In this document: positions 39,459-53,805 of the stretch, piece by piece
How the letters are laid out: every line of letters begins with the position of its first letter
How positions within the stretch are numbered: the stretch's first letter is position 1
Origin: Octopus sinensis
Taxonomy: Eukaryota
Reading direction: 5' to 3'
DNA length: 64,000 nt
Assembly: GCF_006345805.1 (NCBI RefSeq)
Contig: NC_043015.1
Coordinates: 32,612,001 to 32,676,000 of the forward strand
Notes under the pieces: generated by a model
Database searches by the model: none
What the model was told of the DNA's origin: nothing
The model's input: the letters and a program-made list of their open reading frames with translations, nothing else
Program-made: the position numbers and the translations under genes

Positions 39459-40794
39459 TGCTTTTGCATTTTTAAAAGCTTAATCTGTGGCCGGCTCTGT
39501 TACCTAGTTACTGTCATTTTGTCTGAGGCAGAGATCAGATATCGCAGCCCATGCAGCAACAACGATGGAATGTGAGCCGCGCGTTTCTCAGTTGACATTC
39601 AGGCATCGAATGGACATGACCAGCTGTGACTGTTGGCCAAAAGTTCTGGTGGAATACCGACAGAATCAAAGAATCTGTTAGACAAAAAAAACGTCTTCTC
39701 GTTTTAAGGATCTAATGTTGGTGGACGATAAAGTAATTGAAATGTTAACGATTCGTCTAACGGCTTTTATTTTATTAACCAGCTGCTGTAACTATTTACA
39801 TTGCAAACAACATTAAGTATTCTGATCAACTCATTGATGACCCCCACCCCTTACACACAGACACTACTACGCTAATCCCCCACCACCACCACCAACCACT
39901 CTGCTAGAATACTAGACTACCACACCACGAAGCTACCGCTTTACCATTTATGCTACTCAGCCAACGGAAAAATATAAGTTGTCACAGTTATTGTATTTTT
40001 CGCTTTGTGTATGTGCCTGCAAATGTGTTTGTGTGTGGCTGGCTGGTTCCATTCCTACCACATTTGGAGTCATGACTTTCTAAAATAATATTTCTTCTTA
40101 CTGTCTCTCCCTTACCTTCTTATTCCTTCCTCTGCTACCTCCTCCTCCCCCTGTCTCTCTCTCTCTCTCTATCTCTCCCTCTCGCTTGCTCTCTCTCTCT
40201 CTCTCTCTCTTTCGCCCTCTCTATTTCTCCTTTGCTTCTCCTCTTACCTTTCAAAGGTCTGAGTTGTCATAAATATCTACAATGTGTACGATTGTCATGA
40301 GATGAAAACCTAGCCTCATTAGCTGAGACGAAACAGTTGCTTCGTGCGGAGAACCAAGCTGGATTCTGGAGTGAAAATCATCAATTGACACTGAATATTG
40401 TTTATAGCTTTTAAAGCACTTTACTTGAACCCAACAGGTTAAAAGAAAAGAAAAACTAAAACAAAACATTCACACATAACACTGGGGAAAAAAATTGCAA
40501 GCGAAAACAAAACGCAGTAATATAGGCATAACAATAAATTTGACTGTGAAACATTTTATTTTTAGTCATCATCATCATCATCATCAACGTCCCTATTATC
40601 ATTAGTATTATCGTTATTATTATTATCATTATTATTATTATTGTTGTTGCTGTTGTTGTTGCTATTTTCACCTTATCACAGATTTTGCTGGAGTACCTGG
40701 AGTCTTGCATGCGTAGCGGGCTTGCTACCTGCAACCTACCGTACCATTGCTATCCGTTCTTTTCAGCTCTCTATTACTTTCCTGGTTAGTCTGA

Positions 40795-41215
40795 GGCGGC
40801 GAGCTGGCAGAAGCGTTAACACGCTGGGCGAAATGCGTAGCCGTATTTCGTCTGTCATTACGCCCTGTGTTCAAATTCCGCCGAGGACGAATTTGCCTTT
40901 CATCTTTTCGGGGTAGAAACCAGGGAAACACTAGGTTCGATGCAATCGACTAGTCCCCTTCCCACAAATTTCAGGTCTTGTGCCTTTAGTAGAAAGGATT
41001 ATTATCATTATTATTATTATTATAATATACAAGGCGGCGAGCTGGCAGAATCGTTAGAACACCGGGCGAAATGCTTAGCAGTATTTCGTATGTCGCTATC
41101 TTCTGAGTTCAAATTTCGTCGAGGTCGACTTTACCTTTCATCCTTTCAGGGTCGATAAATTACGTACCAGTTGCGTACTTGGTCGATTTAATCGACTGAC
41201 TCGCTTCCTCAAAAT
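40795..41215 (+). mobile_element. Two tandem SINE family A copies
   Basis: Heads at about 40795 and 41033. Confidence 0.85.
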
Positions 41216-41230
41216 AGAAGCATCATTACA

Positions 41231-41410
41231 ACCTATTTCTTTATTACCCACAAGGGGCTAAATATAGAGGGGACAAACAAGGATAGACATAGGTATTAAG
41301 TCGATTACATCGACCCAGTGCATAACTGGTACTTAATTTATCGACCCCGAATGGATGAAAGGTGAAGTCGACCTCGGCGGAATTTGAACTCAGAACGTAA
41401 CCGACGAAGC
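41231..41410 (-). mobile_element. SINE family A, 5'-truncated
   Basis: Body and GCCCCTTGTGGGTAAT..AGAAATAGGT tail. Confidence 0.85.
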
Positions 41411-41552
41411 ACTAGGTATATATATATATACATACACATACACACATACCAAAGAGAGAAGTAGACATGTATATATATATATATACACAGTCGACATGAT
41501 AGATCGTTAGCCACTACACACATTTTTTTCTCTCCTTGTTTTTTGTATGTCC

Positions 41553-41588
41553 CTTTCTGTAGAAGAGCTTAGGCTCGAAACGTAAAAG
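41553..41588 (+). ncRNA. Minimal type-I hammerhead-ribozyme-like motif (A6U variant)
   Basis: CTTT-CTGTAGA-A-GAGC ttag GCTC-GAAA-CG-TA-AAAG: stem I CTTT/AAAG, stem II GAGC/GCTC, GAAA, palindromic ACGT stem III, and a GUA cleavage triplet. Confidence 0.55.
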
Positions 41589-41686
41589 ACTTTTTCTATT
41601 CCTGAGCGTTATACTAATACATCTGTTTGCTTTGTACACCACCTGTCTTCGTCTTTTGTTTTTTTCGTAAACTCTCCCTATATATA

Positions 41687-41741
<55 letters not shown>

Positions 41742-43014
41742 CATACGCAAATACATACATACATACATACATACAGGTACACACACACACACACTTAGAA
41801 ACATGTATATTGATATTTACCCATGCTCTTTTTCTGCCTCTGTTCATTTACAAATATATACGAACAATCCTGTCGGACATAACAACCAATGCAGCAGCAG
41901 TAACAACAATAGTAACAACAACAAAATATGAAGAATCTAATTTACTAACTCAGATTCTCTCAGAATCTAATTTGCTAACTCAGATTCTCTCAGCTTGGTT
42001 ATTGCATAGCTCAGTACTGTTCTAAACGTAGGTCTTTCTAGAAATAACTAATTCAAATGTAATCAAAACTTTAAATCTAAAGACTATCTCATAAAAATTT
42101 ACTTGAGAATTTTCTCGAAAGAGAAACAAATATTTCATCTTTGGTATTTCTGTCTTGTAATTTACCATTTTGTATTTTGTTGTTTCCTTTGGTGTTCGAG
42201 TTGAATATTCGTCCATTTGTAATTATATTTAAATCAGAAGTATGTCCTGGGTGTGTATGTGTGCGTGTGTATGAGTGTGTGTGTGTGAGAGAGAGAGAGA
42301 GTGTGTGTGTATGAGTGTGTGTGTCTTAATAACAATAGCGTGAGTGAGTATGTTCACATCTAGCAAGGCTAGAATGTATGGCAAACTTGGAGCTCTAGCG
42401 GTTGGAGTGTGCAATCATTTTGACAGGGTACTTATGGTACCGTATGAAGGTCAAAATCGATGACTTTGGTGCAGTTATGATTCAAGATCCGACGCGAGAC
42501 CCGTGCATGGCTTGTATCCCGAGCAGCACCACACATATGTGACATTCAGAAGGTTTTGACGTGACATCGTCTTCTGGCTTGTAACCTACGTAGAGCCACA
42601 CGACAGAGATCATGAGTGTAAGCGAAGAGAAATGATATGTGATCTAAAGGAAATAGCGTGAATTTGTAAGTACTTTTTGACGATTTATGACCACTAAGCT
42701 ATATAAAATTTGTGCTCAACCGGGATTGTAAAATAAATAAATAATGGACAGTGCAGAACCCAAGTCATAATTGTTAAATCTGTAGTTGTAAGAGCCCAAT
42801 GAAGGCATTTTAGTCTGAAGCTGTTGCTACATTCGATTTTAATACATTTATTGCATAAGGTCCGCCCTAATCCTCTTGCGTTCGTGGAACTTGCCATTCC
42901 TCATACACAGTGTAATGAATATGCTTTAACATCTTTTTTAAGGTATGTGGGAGCCGCTAAGGCCATTATAAGAAATGTAGTATTTTGGTCATTATTTGTA
43001 TTATGAAAGGCTGT

Positions 43015-43400
43015 GGCTTGGCAGAATCGTTAGCACGCCGGGAAAAATACCGCCGGGGTCGACTTTGCCTTTCATTCTTTCGAGGTCGATGAAATAAGCA
43101 CCAGTTGAGCACTGGGTTCGATGCAAGCCACTACTCTCTTCTACCCAATTGCAGGACTTGTGTCTATAGTAAAAAGGATTCTCAGTGTTACCGAAGGCGG
43201 TGAGCAGGCAGAATTGTTAGCACACCGGACAAAAGGCTTAGCGGCATTTCTCTTGGTTCTCTATGCTCTAAGTTCAAATTCCGCCGACATCAATTTTGCT
43301 TTTCAATATTGATAAAATAGATAGTAGTGGAGCATTAGGCTCGATGAAGTCGACTTGTTCCGCCACCAAAATTACTGACCTTGTACCACAATTAGAAAGT
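43015..43400 (+). mobile_element. Two degenerate SINE family A copies
   Basis: GGCAGAATCGTTAGCAC heads and GTCGAT...AAGCACCAGTTG bodies. Confidence 0.7.
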
Positions 43401-43705
43401 ATTATTGTTTTTATTAACCTTTTATTCTTTTACTTGTTTCAGTCATTTGATTGCGGCCATGCTGGAGCACCGTCTTTAGTGGAACAAATCGACCCCTTTC
43501 AAAATTGCTGGCCTTTTGCTAAAATTTGATTCCATTATCAGTGTTATTGGACTGGCAACATGTTAGAGGGTCGCACAAAATACGTCGTGGTAACTTAGTA
43601 ACTGATCCAAGTATACGTTTTAAATTCAAATCGAACTGGAGTAAACTCGCCCTCCGATGTTGACAAAATGAAGCACTAATCTACTTCTGTTATCGACTAT
43701 ACCAG

Positions 43706-43768
<63 letters not shown>

Positions 43769-43773
<5 letters not shown>

Positions 43774-43880
43774 TCACTCACACACGCAACACATACACAC
43801 ACACACTCACTCACTCACACACGCAACACATACACACACACACTCACTCACTCACACACGCAACACATACACACACACAC
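43769..43880. repeat. 37-bp minisatellite (3 units) derived from (CA)n
   Basis: Units start at 43769, 43806 and 43843. Confidence 0.85.
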
Positions 43881-44526
43881 CTACAGAAAGTTGTGGTCTG
43901 CTCAGATGTTAGATGTCAGAAACAATTATCAAATGTGGTCAACGGACAGAATGGTTAGAACGTATGCAAAAATTAAAAGTGACATTTCTTGCGGTTCAAC
44001 ATTTTCTGAGTTCAAACCACGGCAAGGTGAACATCACGTTGTATCATTCCCGAGTTCAGTAAAAAGAAATATTAGCAGCCAAGTTCTTCGGTTGGTGATA
44101 CCACCATTTTCTCCTCAAAATATTACCGCAATTTTAACGTGATTTGAAACTCATTGATTCGCCAGCTCCATGTCTTTCGTTGGCTGCTGAGATCTCTGTG
44201 GCTCAACCGCAGCGATCCCAGCAACTAGACATTTTCACTGTGGATACGCGGTGAACACATCTCGCTTTCACAGCGAGCTTTACAATATACTCACTATGCT
44301 TAGACTGCAATTTCAATACACACACACACACACAGGCATAAACACATACCTGCATACATACATAGATGCATGTACACATGCATACACATACATATATACA
44401 CACGAGACTCTCACACGCTGTTTACACTAATCTCACTACGAATAATTTATACATATTCACGTGTGTGTGTGTATGTATATATACTCACAAACATACGCAT
44501 ACACATATACACATACGTATGCATAT

Positions 44527-44575
<49 letters not shown>

Positions 44576-44650
44576 TATATATATATACATTACACCAACG
44601 AGGAAGACAACGACGACAACGATGACGATGATGATAATCATGATGGCGAC

Positions 44651-44757
<107 letters not shown>

Positions 44758-45039
44758 CATCATTAAAGTCTCCGATCGCACCGGCGATGTAAACATCGAC
44801 AAATATTTGTTTACAATTTTTTCAGCAGATCAAGCGACGCTCATTCACGGGTGGTGTTTAATATTACTTTATGTTGTTGTTCTTATTGTTGTTGTTATTG
44901 TTGGTGCTGATTCCATCTCGCATTGTTTGTTTGTTTATTTATTTATTTATTTATTTACTTAATACTCATTTTTAATTTCGAAGATCTTGCATGCAGTTTA
45001 TCCATCCGCTTGATCTTTGACCCGCCTGCATCCCCCCCC

Positions 45040-45136
45040 TCCATACCCCACCACCACCACCAGCATCACCACCACTAGTACCACTACCACCTTCAGTACC
45101 TTGACAACCAGTGATGATCGCCGACGCTACAAAACC

Positions 45137-45168
<32 letters not shown>

Positions 45169-46504
45169 CAACAATAACAATAACAATAACGCCAACACCA
45201 CCACCACTACTTAGATCACCATCATTATCAAATCCAGCACCACCACCACCACCACCGTCACTGTCACCACCACTATCGACACCAACACCGCCACAATCAC
45301 CACTATAATAAACACCACCACAAAAACCAACAACAACATCAATACACCCCCATTATCCTTACTAACACCACGAAAATCATCGACACCACCAGCGTCACCT
45401 TGGCCATTGCTGCCATTAAAGGAACGCCACGACCATTACGGTCACCAGTAGCATCGCCAGCACCACCACCACCAGCACTATCGGCATTGCCACCACCACC
45501 ACCACCACCACTACCACCAAATACCCATCACCACCACCACCACATGTGCCACCCTGACAACCTTGAGGATCGCCACCACAACCACAACCACCTTTATCAC
45601 CATCAGTACCACCACCACCACAACAACCATAACAAGCTTCACCACCACCACTACCACCAAAACCAAAACAACCTTTACCACAACCATTACTATCACCACC
45701 ACCACCACCATCACCACAACCACCACCACAAGCCACCACCAACACACCATAACCACCACCATCACCACACCACCACAACCACAACAACTTTTACCACAAC
45801 CATCTTCACTACCACCAACACCACTACCACCATCACCAAGACCTATCCACCTCTACCGCCACCACTATCACCACCACCATCACCACCACCATCACCACCA
45901 CCACCACCACCACAACCATTACCACCGCTACCATTCATGCACCAAGGTGTTCCGCTATTACTATGCCTCAATTAAATGCACCTCATCAGACAGCATACCA
46001 CCGCCACCGCCACCATCCACAATACCCATGTCGTCCTCCGCCTGCTCCTCTCTCTCCTCCTCCTCCAAAAGTATCCATTAGAAAACGGGGGTAGAGTGAG
46101 GTGGGTTAAAGGTGAAGGTTAGGCAGAGCAAAGATATAGCGGGGCGGGGTGGGGGTGGAATCTAAAATCCTATTTTCGACGACAACAATGTTGGGAGATA
46201 GCTTTCTGTCTTCGCAATGGGTGGCCACCACACATGCGCATCCCCCACCCAACCCCCCCATTTTGCCCCGGTTTTTCCTACTTTTGTATCGTATCGAAGC
46301 GAAGATTTGATTCTGGGTCAAACACCCAGCTGCGAAAGGGAGCGCTCTCGGAAATCAAAATTCTCTCTGTGATTAACATCAGCATTGCCATCGCCAGCAT
46401 CACCGCCGTCGGCACCGTCATCATCATCCTCATTATCATCCTCATCGTCATCATCATCATCATCATTATCACCATTATCATCATCATCATCATCATCATC
46501 GTTG

Positions 46505-46540
<36 letters not shown>

Positions 46541-47282
46541 CCATTATCATCATCATCATTATCATCATCATCATCATCATCATAATCATCATCATCATCA
46601 TCGTCGCCATCGTCATCATCATCATCATTATCATCATCATTATCATCATCATCATAATCATCATCATCATCATTATCATCATCATCATTATCATCATCAT
46701 TCATCATCATCATCATCATCATCGTCATCGTCGTCGTCGTCATCGTCATCATTATCAGCATCAGCATCAGCATCAGTATCATCATCATCATCAGAAGCAG
46801 CAGCAGCAACGGGAGCGGCAGTAGAAGTGGGATGCGGGCGGCGGCGGTTGTTAGCAGAATCAGCAGTAGCATCACCATCACTACCACCACCACCACCACC
46901 ACCACCATTATCACCATCATCAACCTAACCACTGTCACGTTGTCATCATCCTTGTCATCATCACCAACCACCACCACCAGCACTACCATCATCATCATAA
47001 TCACTGACATTATCATCCTTCTCTGCCCTTTCCTCTTCCTTCTCCCCCTCCTCGTCCTCATCATCATCATCATCCTCACCATCACCATCATTATCACCTA
47101 CCACAACCAACACCACCACCACCATACAATCGCCATCGTTATCATTCTCATCACCATTATTGTGGTCATGATCCCCCCCCATGATGATTATCATCATCGT
47201 CACCACTACCACCATCATCACTCTCATCATCGGCATCAGCGCCACAACTACCTATACCGCCACCACCGCCATCACCGCCATC

Positions 47283-47314
<32 letters not shown>

Positions 47315-47640
47315 CAACAACGTCATCATCGTCGTCGTCATCATCATCTCGTTCTTCCGTCTTCTGATTTCCTCTATCATCTTCGATCTCCCCCACTTAC
47401 CCACCCACCTTCTTCCTTTGCCTGTCATTTCTCCTCACTCTTATTCCTTTAAGTCACATTCCTAATTTTTCTGCCGAATCATAATCATCGTTGTCGTCGT
47501 CGTCGTCGTCGTCGTCATCATCACCATCATCACCATCTTCATCCTCATCAAATCGTTGCCTTTGTCATCATCAACATCACAGCCGCCGCTACCGCCACAA
47601 CAACCACCAACACCATCACCACTTCCACCACCACCTTATT
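45040..47640. repeat. Multi-kb cryptic (ACC)n/(ATC)n arrays
   Basis: Read directly; a unique spacer lies at about 46060-46370. Confidence 0.9.
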
Positions 47641-47971
47641 CACTCTGTCTCGCAAATCATCTCTATCATGTTATCTCTTTCATCACATACTCTCTTTCTC
47701 TCCATCCCTCCCTCTCACCTTATTCAATTATTCTTTTTGCCTCTCTCTTTTTTCTTTTCAGTTACATTTCCTTCACCGATGAGATCGAATAAGGCAGAAA
47801 TACGCCCAGAGTTGTCTCTGTGAAGTCAAACATCAGAATGACTCTCCACTGTTTCTCAGTTTGTCTGTTTAATACCAGAATTAGTCATTTAGAGATTGAT
47901 GGCTTTCCTCATTAAAGACATAAATTTTATGAGTTTATGAGTTTCATATGTTGGCTTCCTACAGTCGCCAA

Positions 47972-48394
47972 TTTACTCTTTTACTCTTTTACTTGTTTCA
48001 GTCATTTGACTGTGGCCATGCTGGAGCACCACCTTTAGTCGAGCAAATCGACCCCAGGACTTATTCTTTGTAATCCTAGTTCTTATTCTATCGGTCTCAT
48101 TTGCCGAACCGCTAAGCTACAGGGATGTAAACACACCAGCATCGTTTGTCAAGCGATATTTGGGTGTGGGGACAAACAGTCACACAAACATATACACACA
48201 CATACACACACATATATATATACATATATATGAAGGGCTTCTTTCAGTTTCTGTCTGCCAAATCCACTCACAAGGCTTTGGTCGGCCCGAGGCTATTGTA
48301 GAAGACACTTGCCCAAGGTGTCACGCAGTGGGACTGAACCCGGAACCATGTGGCTCGTAAGCAAGCTTCTTACCACACAGCCACTCCTACGCCT
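47972..48394 (-). mobile_element. Full-length SINE family B
   Basis: Head GGCGTAGGAGTGGCTGTGTGGTAAG through the (TAAAAGAG)n tail. Confidence 0.9.
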
Positions 48395-49589
48395 ATGTCT
48401 ATTAACTTTTCATACAGCGGAACACCTTGGCCTTTGTCTCGTATTCATTCTTTTAAACAATCCTTTCTACTAAAGGCACAAGACCTGAAATTACATCGAC
48501 CCCAGTGTTTCATTGTCACTAAAATCACTTTATTCGTTCATGAAGAAACTACATACACATGTCTAGTCAATAGTCTGTGCTTCGCTGAAGAGGTTTCATA
48601 ATGCTTGAACATGCTAGGAGTTGTCAGTCACCACTTCTCTCCTTAGTAATTCTCAAGTTGCTGAGTATGGAGGAAGGGAAAGTGCCTGCTTTGTAGGCCG
48701 TCTGAGACTAGCGAACTTGATGCCATTAACGTTACGTTTTAAAAGTTACAGGTCAACAACGAACAATTGCAGGGAAGATATAAGCAAGAAGGAAAGAAAT
48801 TTGAAGTTAGTGCGTGGTTTATTCGAGAGTTACGGAAACAGTCGGCTCCGATGAGCAAAGATTGTTATAGTTGCGACGGAAAGACGGCGAGCTGGCAGGG
48901 TTGTTTGTTAAAGAGTCGGGAAAAATGAGTTAAAATTCCATTGACGTCCGACTTTTCCGTTCTTCCTTTCGAAGACGATAAAATAAGTATCATTTGAGAT
49001 CTCGGATCAATGTAACCGACTTCTCACTCACTCAACATTGCTGGTCTTGTGCTAAAATATGAAACCATTATAGTAGTGACAGAAAAGTCAGAGAGGAGAC
49101 AACACACCTACCTAGGTCAGAGCATGCTTGTTAATTTTAATTAAAACCTCGGGGCTTCTTCCTTATTTCCTTCCCATTTCCCAGAACGAGTCATTAACCT
49201 AATGACTAATTATGATAAATGATTACGTAATTTACTAGTTATAATTTTCCTCATGAGGTCTAAAAAGTTTTAATGACTACGCCAAGTTCATTAGCGACCT
49301 TTTTATGAGGTTAAAGAGTCGAGTATCAATCCCCATGATTTCAGCAGATTAGAAAGACTTTATCCGTGAGAAAGGGATCGATCCCTTAAGTATGAAAGGA
49401 TTTGAACGTAGAAGGTAGAGTAGCACAAGTAAATACCACAAGGTGTTTTGTTTTGGCAATCAATCTTTTATGCTTGTTTGATAAAGAAGCCAAATCCTCA
49501 AGCAACAACCGACACCGCTTTGGTATTCTGATCAAACTCCTACATTCTCCGTTCGTCTCAAGCATTTTAAAATGGGAGTTGTGGTCAGC

Positions 49590-49772
49590 AGCATCGCATT
49601 CTTCCTTTATACCCTCCTCCATTTCATCCTCCACTTCCTCTTCATCTTCTTCTTCCCCTTCCTCTTCCTTCTTCCTCCTTTTCCTCCTCTTCCTTTCTTC
49701 CCCTTCTTCTTTCTCTTCCTCTTCCTCCTCTTCCTTTTCCTCTCCCTCCTCTTCCTTTTCCTCCTCCTCACG

Positions 49773-49803
<31 letters not shown>

Positions 49804-50421
49804 GCGTCATCATCATCATCATCAGCAGCAGCAGTAACAGCAGCAACAGCAGCATACACACCCCAAGCTCATTTTTTCATCTCATCCTCCTCATAGTGGC
49901 CACCGTCATCATCATTATCCTCACCGTCATCCCTATCACCCTCTTCTTTCCTTTCTTCCTCCTCCTTTTCTTCATCAACAACACTATCATCATCACCGCC
50001 GTCGTCTCCGCTGTTGCCTTCCTCCTCCTTCTCCTCCATCATCATCATCATTATTATCATCTTCATCTGTCATGTCTTCATCAGCATCATCACCCTCAGC
50101 ATCTTCCTCCTCCCTTCCTCATCATCACCATCATGGTCGCCGTTACTATTGCCATCGCTACCGTCGCTGACACTCTCCTCTACCTCCTCCTCTTCCTCTT
50201 CTTTCTTCTTCTTCTCCTCCTCTTCCTCCTCCTTTTCCTTTTATGCTACTCCTTCTCCTCCTCTTCCGACTTCTTCTTCTCCTCCTTCATCCCCTCCTTC
50301 TCTTCCTCCATATCGTCATCATCATCATCGTCATCATCATCACCATCATCAATTATCATCATCATCATCATCATCATCGTCGTCATCATCATCATCATCA
50401 TCGTCATCATCATCATCATCG

Positions 50422-50478
<57 letters not shown>

Positions 50479-50520
50479 CCAGCATCGTCATCACCTACAT
50501 CATCATCATCATTGCCAGTC
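49590..50520. repeat. Cryptic (CTT/CCT/ATC)n array
   Basis: Read directly from the sequence. Confidence 0.9.
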
Positions 50521-51879
50521 GAATAACGCCAGATGATCGTTAATGTCTCTGTCTGTCTGTCTGTCTGTCCGCCTGTCCGTCTGCCTGCTTTAAAGTGTCA
50601 AAAACATAAATTTGAATTTCACTTCCCAACTTAAAAACTGTCATCAATTCCGTGTCAACAACTTTTAAAATATTCCTTTTTTCTTTTTACTTTTACTTTT
50701 ACGAAGCAAAACAAGAACGGAGCTGTTGGTGACGGAGGGGTTTGGGCCTTGAAAGGCAAATAAATGTGTAAAAATAAAAGGGCTGTTGAGGGGGGGAGTA
50801 GGGGCGATAAACTATATATGACGTAACATAGTCAATACATCAAAGCTTTGTGTATATGCACGTGCACGTATGTTTGTTTGTATATATTTATGCGTGTATG
50901 TTTGTAGGCATAATTGTACATAGGCTTTTATATTATAGTATATTACATAACGTGTATGTGTGTGTATATTATATATATATATATATGTGTGTGTATATAT
51001 ATATATATGTATATATATATATGATATTACATATATGTATATACATATATATGCATATGTATATACGTGTATATATTACATGTATGTCTCCCCCCCTCTC
51101 TCTCTCTCTCTCTCTCTTTATATGTGTATATATACATATTTATGATATTACATATATATATGTATATGAATATATATAATCTATAGGATATCATATACAT
51201 ACGTATGTATGTATATATTTATATAAATAATATATATATGAATGTATATGTGTGTTTATGTGTATGCACACAGTCTCTGCTTCTCTCGCTTTGTCTATCT
51301 CCCTCTTTCTCTCTCTCTCTCTCTCTCTCTCGCGCACACATACACACTTTGGTGAAGTGCCCGCAGCATATTAATTTTGTCTTTGCGTGTTGTTATTAAG
51401 GCTAGAGAAAACTGTATCAGACACTACAGCCTGTAGCTTAGTGTGGCATTGTGGTCGAAAAACCAACAATCATGTCTTGCGCAACGGGGGTCATTCGTTA
51501 AGTATATAAACGACATAGCCGCTATTGAACAAGTCTTGAACGAACCTAATCAAATTCGCATGAAAACGTCGACTATGGAATTGCCATTTTATTCTACACC
51601 ACAGCATGAAGGAAAAGCCATGTTAAATATGATCTTCGGCTCATGCCCAACCGATGATAGACTGAAAGTCAGAGTCGTGTGTTCTCCCGCAGGCGTGCAA
51701 CGCCACCGAGCACATAGTCGGCGAGGCCCCTCGCTGTTCACACTTCCATATCTACAATGCACGTTCTTCGAGTCTTTTGGAAAACGTTCATTAAGTCCAC
51801 GCCGTTCTCGGAGACAAACCTGATTCCATAATAAACACAATTCTCAAAGCACACCCACTTACGAATCACTCCTACGATT

Positions 51880-52386
51880 GCTGCTGCTGCTGCTGCTGCT
51901 GCTACTACTGCTACCATTACCATCAATACAAAACCACTATGAATGCCATTTCCGCCACTCCCCACCATCACAACTACCACCACCACCATCACTACCCATA
52001 CCGTCACCGCCATCACCACCATCACCACCACCACCACCACCACCACCATCACCACTACCACCACCAGTAACACCACCAATACTACCTCCACTCATACCAT
52101 CGCCACCAATTCATTCAGTATTACCACTACTACCACCACTATCAGAACCATACGACCAGAACCACCATTTCCATCATGACCATGACGACACCACCACCAC
52201 CATGACCATCACCACCACTACAACCATGACCACCACTACCGCCAACAATTTCTTCAGCACCACCATCGTTACCATCGCCATCAGCAGACTTCTCCATAGA
52301 TTCTTGAACACCATTCTGACTTCCAAATAACAGAACCACTAATACTGTCACCAGACCATTAAAATCGTCATAACTATGACAACGAA

Positions 52387-52424
<38 letters not shown>

Positions 52425-53455
52425 AACGACCATCGTCAGAAATATCACCAACGCGACTTCTATCAGTGTATATGTCGCCGCCGCCATGATTCCATCCCCA
52501 TCGCCAGTATCCCCACCACCACCGCCGTCACCCTTAGAACTGACCGTCCCTCCTCCCCCCTCCTCAGCCAATATCATCATTGCCCCCCCCCCACCCAATA
52601 CCACAAATTACATCATTCCTCAGCAATCATCACTATCAACCACACAACCATCATCACGATTACACGTTCACCGTCAGAACCCGAAACCGTTTCCTCCACA
52701 CACACCTCCACCCACCCAGTACCATGACACCAACTTCACCACCAACACCATCACCACCATCACCACCATCACCACCACCACCACCACAATTACTACCACC
52801 ACCACCACCACCACCACCACCACCACCACCACCACCACCACCACCACTACCACCACTACCACCACCACTACCACTACCACTACCACCACCACCACCACCA
52901 CCACTACCACTACCACTACCACTACCACCACCACTACCACCACCACCACCACAACCACCACCACCACCACCACCACCACCACCACCACTACCACCACCAC
53001 TACCACTACCACTACCACCACCACCACCACCACTACCACTACCACTACCACCACCACTACCACCACACTACCACTACCACCACCACCACCACCACCACCA
53101 CCACTACACCACTACCACTACCACTACCACTACCACTACCACCACACCACAACCACAACCACCACCACTACCACTACCACCACTACCACTACCACTACCA
53201 CTACCACTACCACCACTACCACTACCACTACCACTACCACTACCACCACACCACCACCACCACCACCACACTACCACTACCACCACCACCACCACTACCA
53301 CCACCACTACCACCACCACCACCACCACTACCACCACCACCACCACCACCACCACTACCACTACCAACCACTACCACTACCACTACCACTACCACACCAC
53401 CACCACCACCACCACCACCACCACCATCACCATCACCACCACCACCATCACTGCC
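51880..53455. repeat. Cryptic (ACC/ACT)n array
   Basis: Read directly; source of the 333-aa and 299-aa poly-T/P ORFs. Confidence 0.92.
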
Positions 53456-53805
53456 GTTCCCAAAATCTATATAATATGACTCTATAACAACTCCATCATT
53501 GAATTCCCTCATCGCTATACTTCCCCCCTCCCACCTCCACTCCTTTCTTTTTGTTTTCTATCATTTTGTTTTACAAATTTTTTGGTTTATATTTCATTAT
53601 CTTTTTGTTTTGTTTTTCTTCATTTATGATTACAAATTTTTTTTTTTGCTTTTATACTGTTGTTGATCTTTTATGATTCTGTATATTTTGGTGGTGGTGG
53701 AATCGCTACAGCAGCGGATAAAAATGCCATGGAGTATTTCATTACATTCGGGGTTCAAATCCAGTCTAGAATTTTCTTCTTCACTCCTCAGGGGTTGATA
53801 AAATA

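Noticed and set aside
40682-40745. Possible exon ILLEYLESCMRSGLATCNL after a good acceptor
   Set aside because: Only a short kinase-like resemblance, a weak donor, and no partner exons.
43769-43880. CRISPR-like regular repeats
   Set aside because: Eukaryotic context with no unique spacers; a CA-derived minisatellite.
48584-48615. CTGAAGAG...GAACATG hammerhead-like string
   Set aside because: No GAAA and no convincing stems.
51742-51752. 11-nt match to the start of miR-33 (GTGCATTGTAG, minus strand)
   Set aside because: The rest of the mature sequence does not match and there is no hairpin.
45040-53512. Long ORFs (up to 333 aa) encoding poly-T/P/H/I/S/D
   Set aside because: Stop-free frames are a by-product of trinucleotide arrays. 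They are open in several frames and on both strands, with no splice or domain context, so they are not mucin or His-rich genes.
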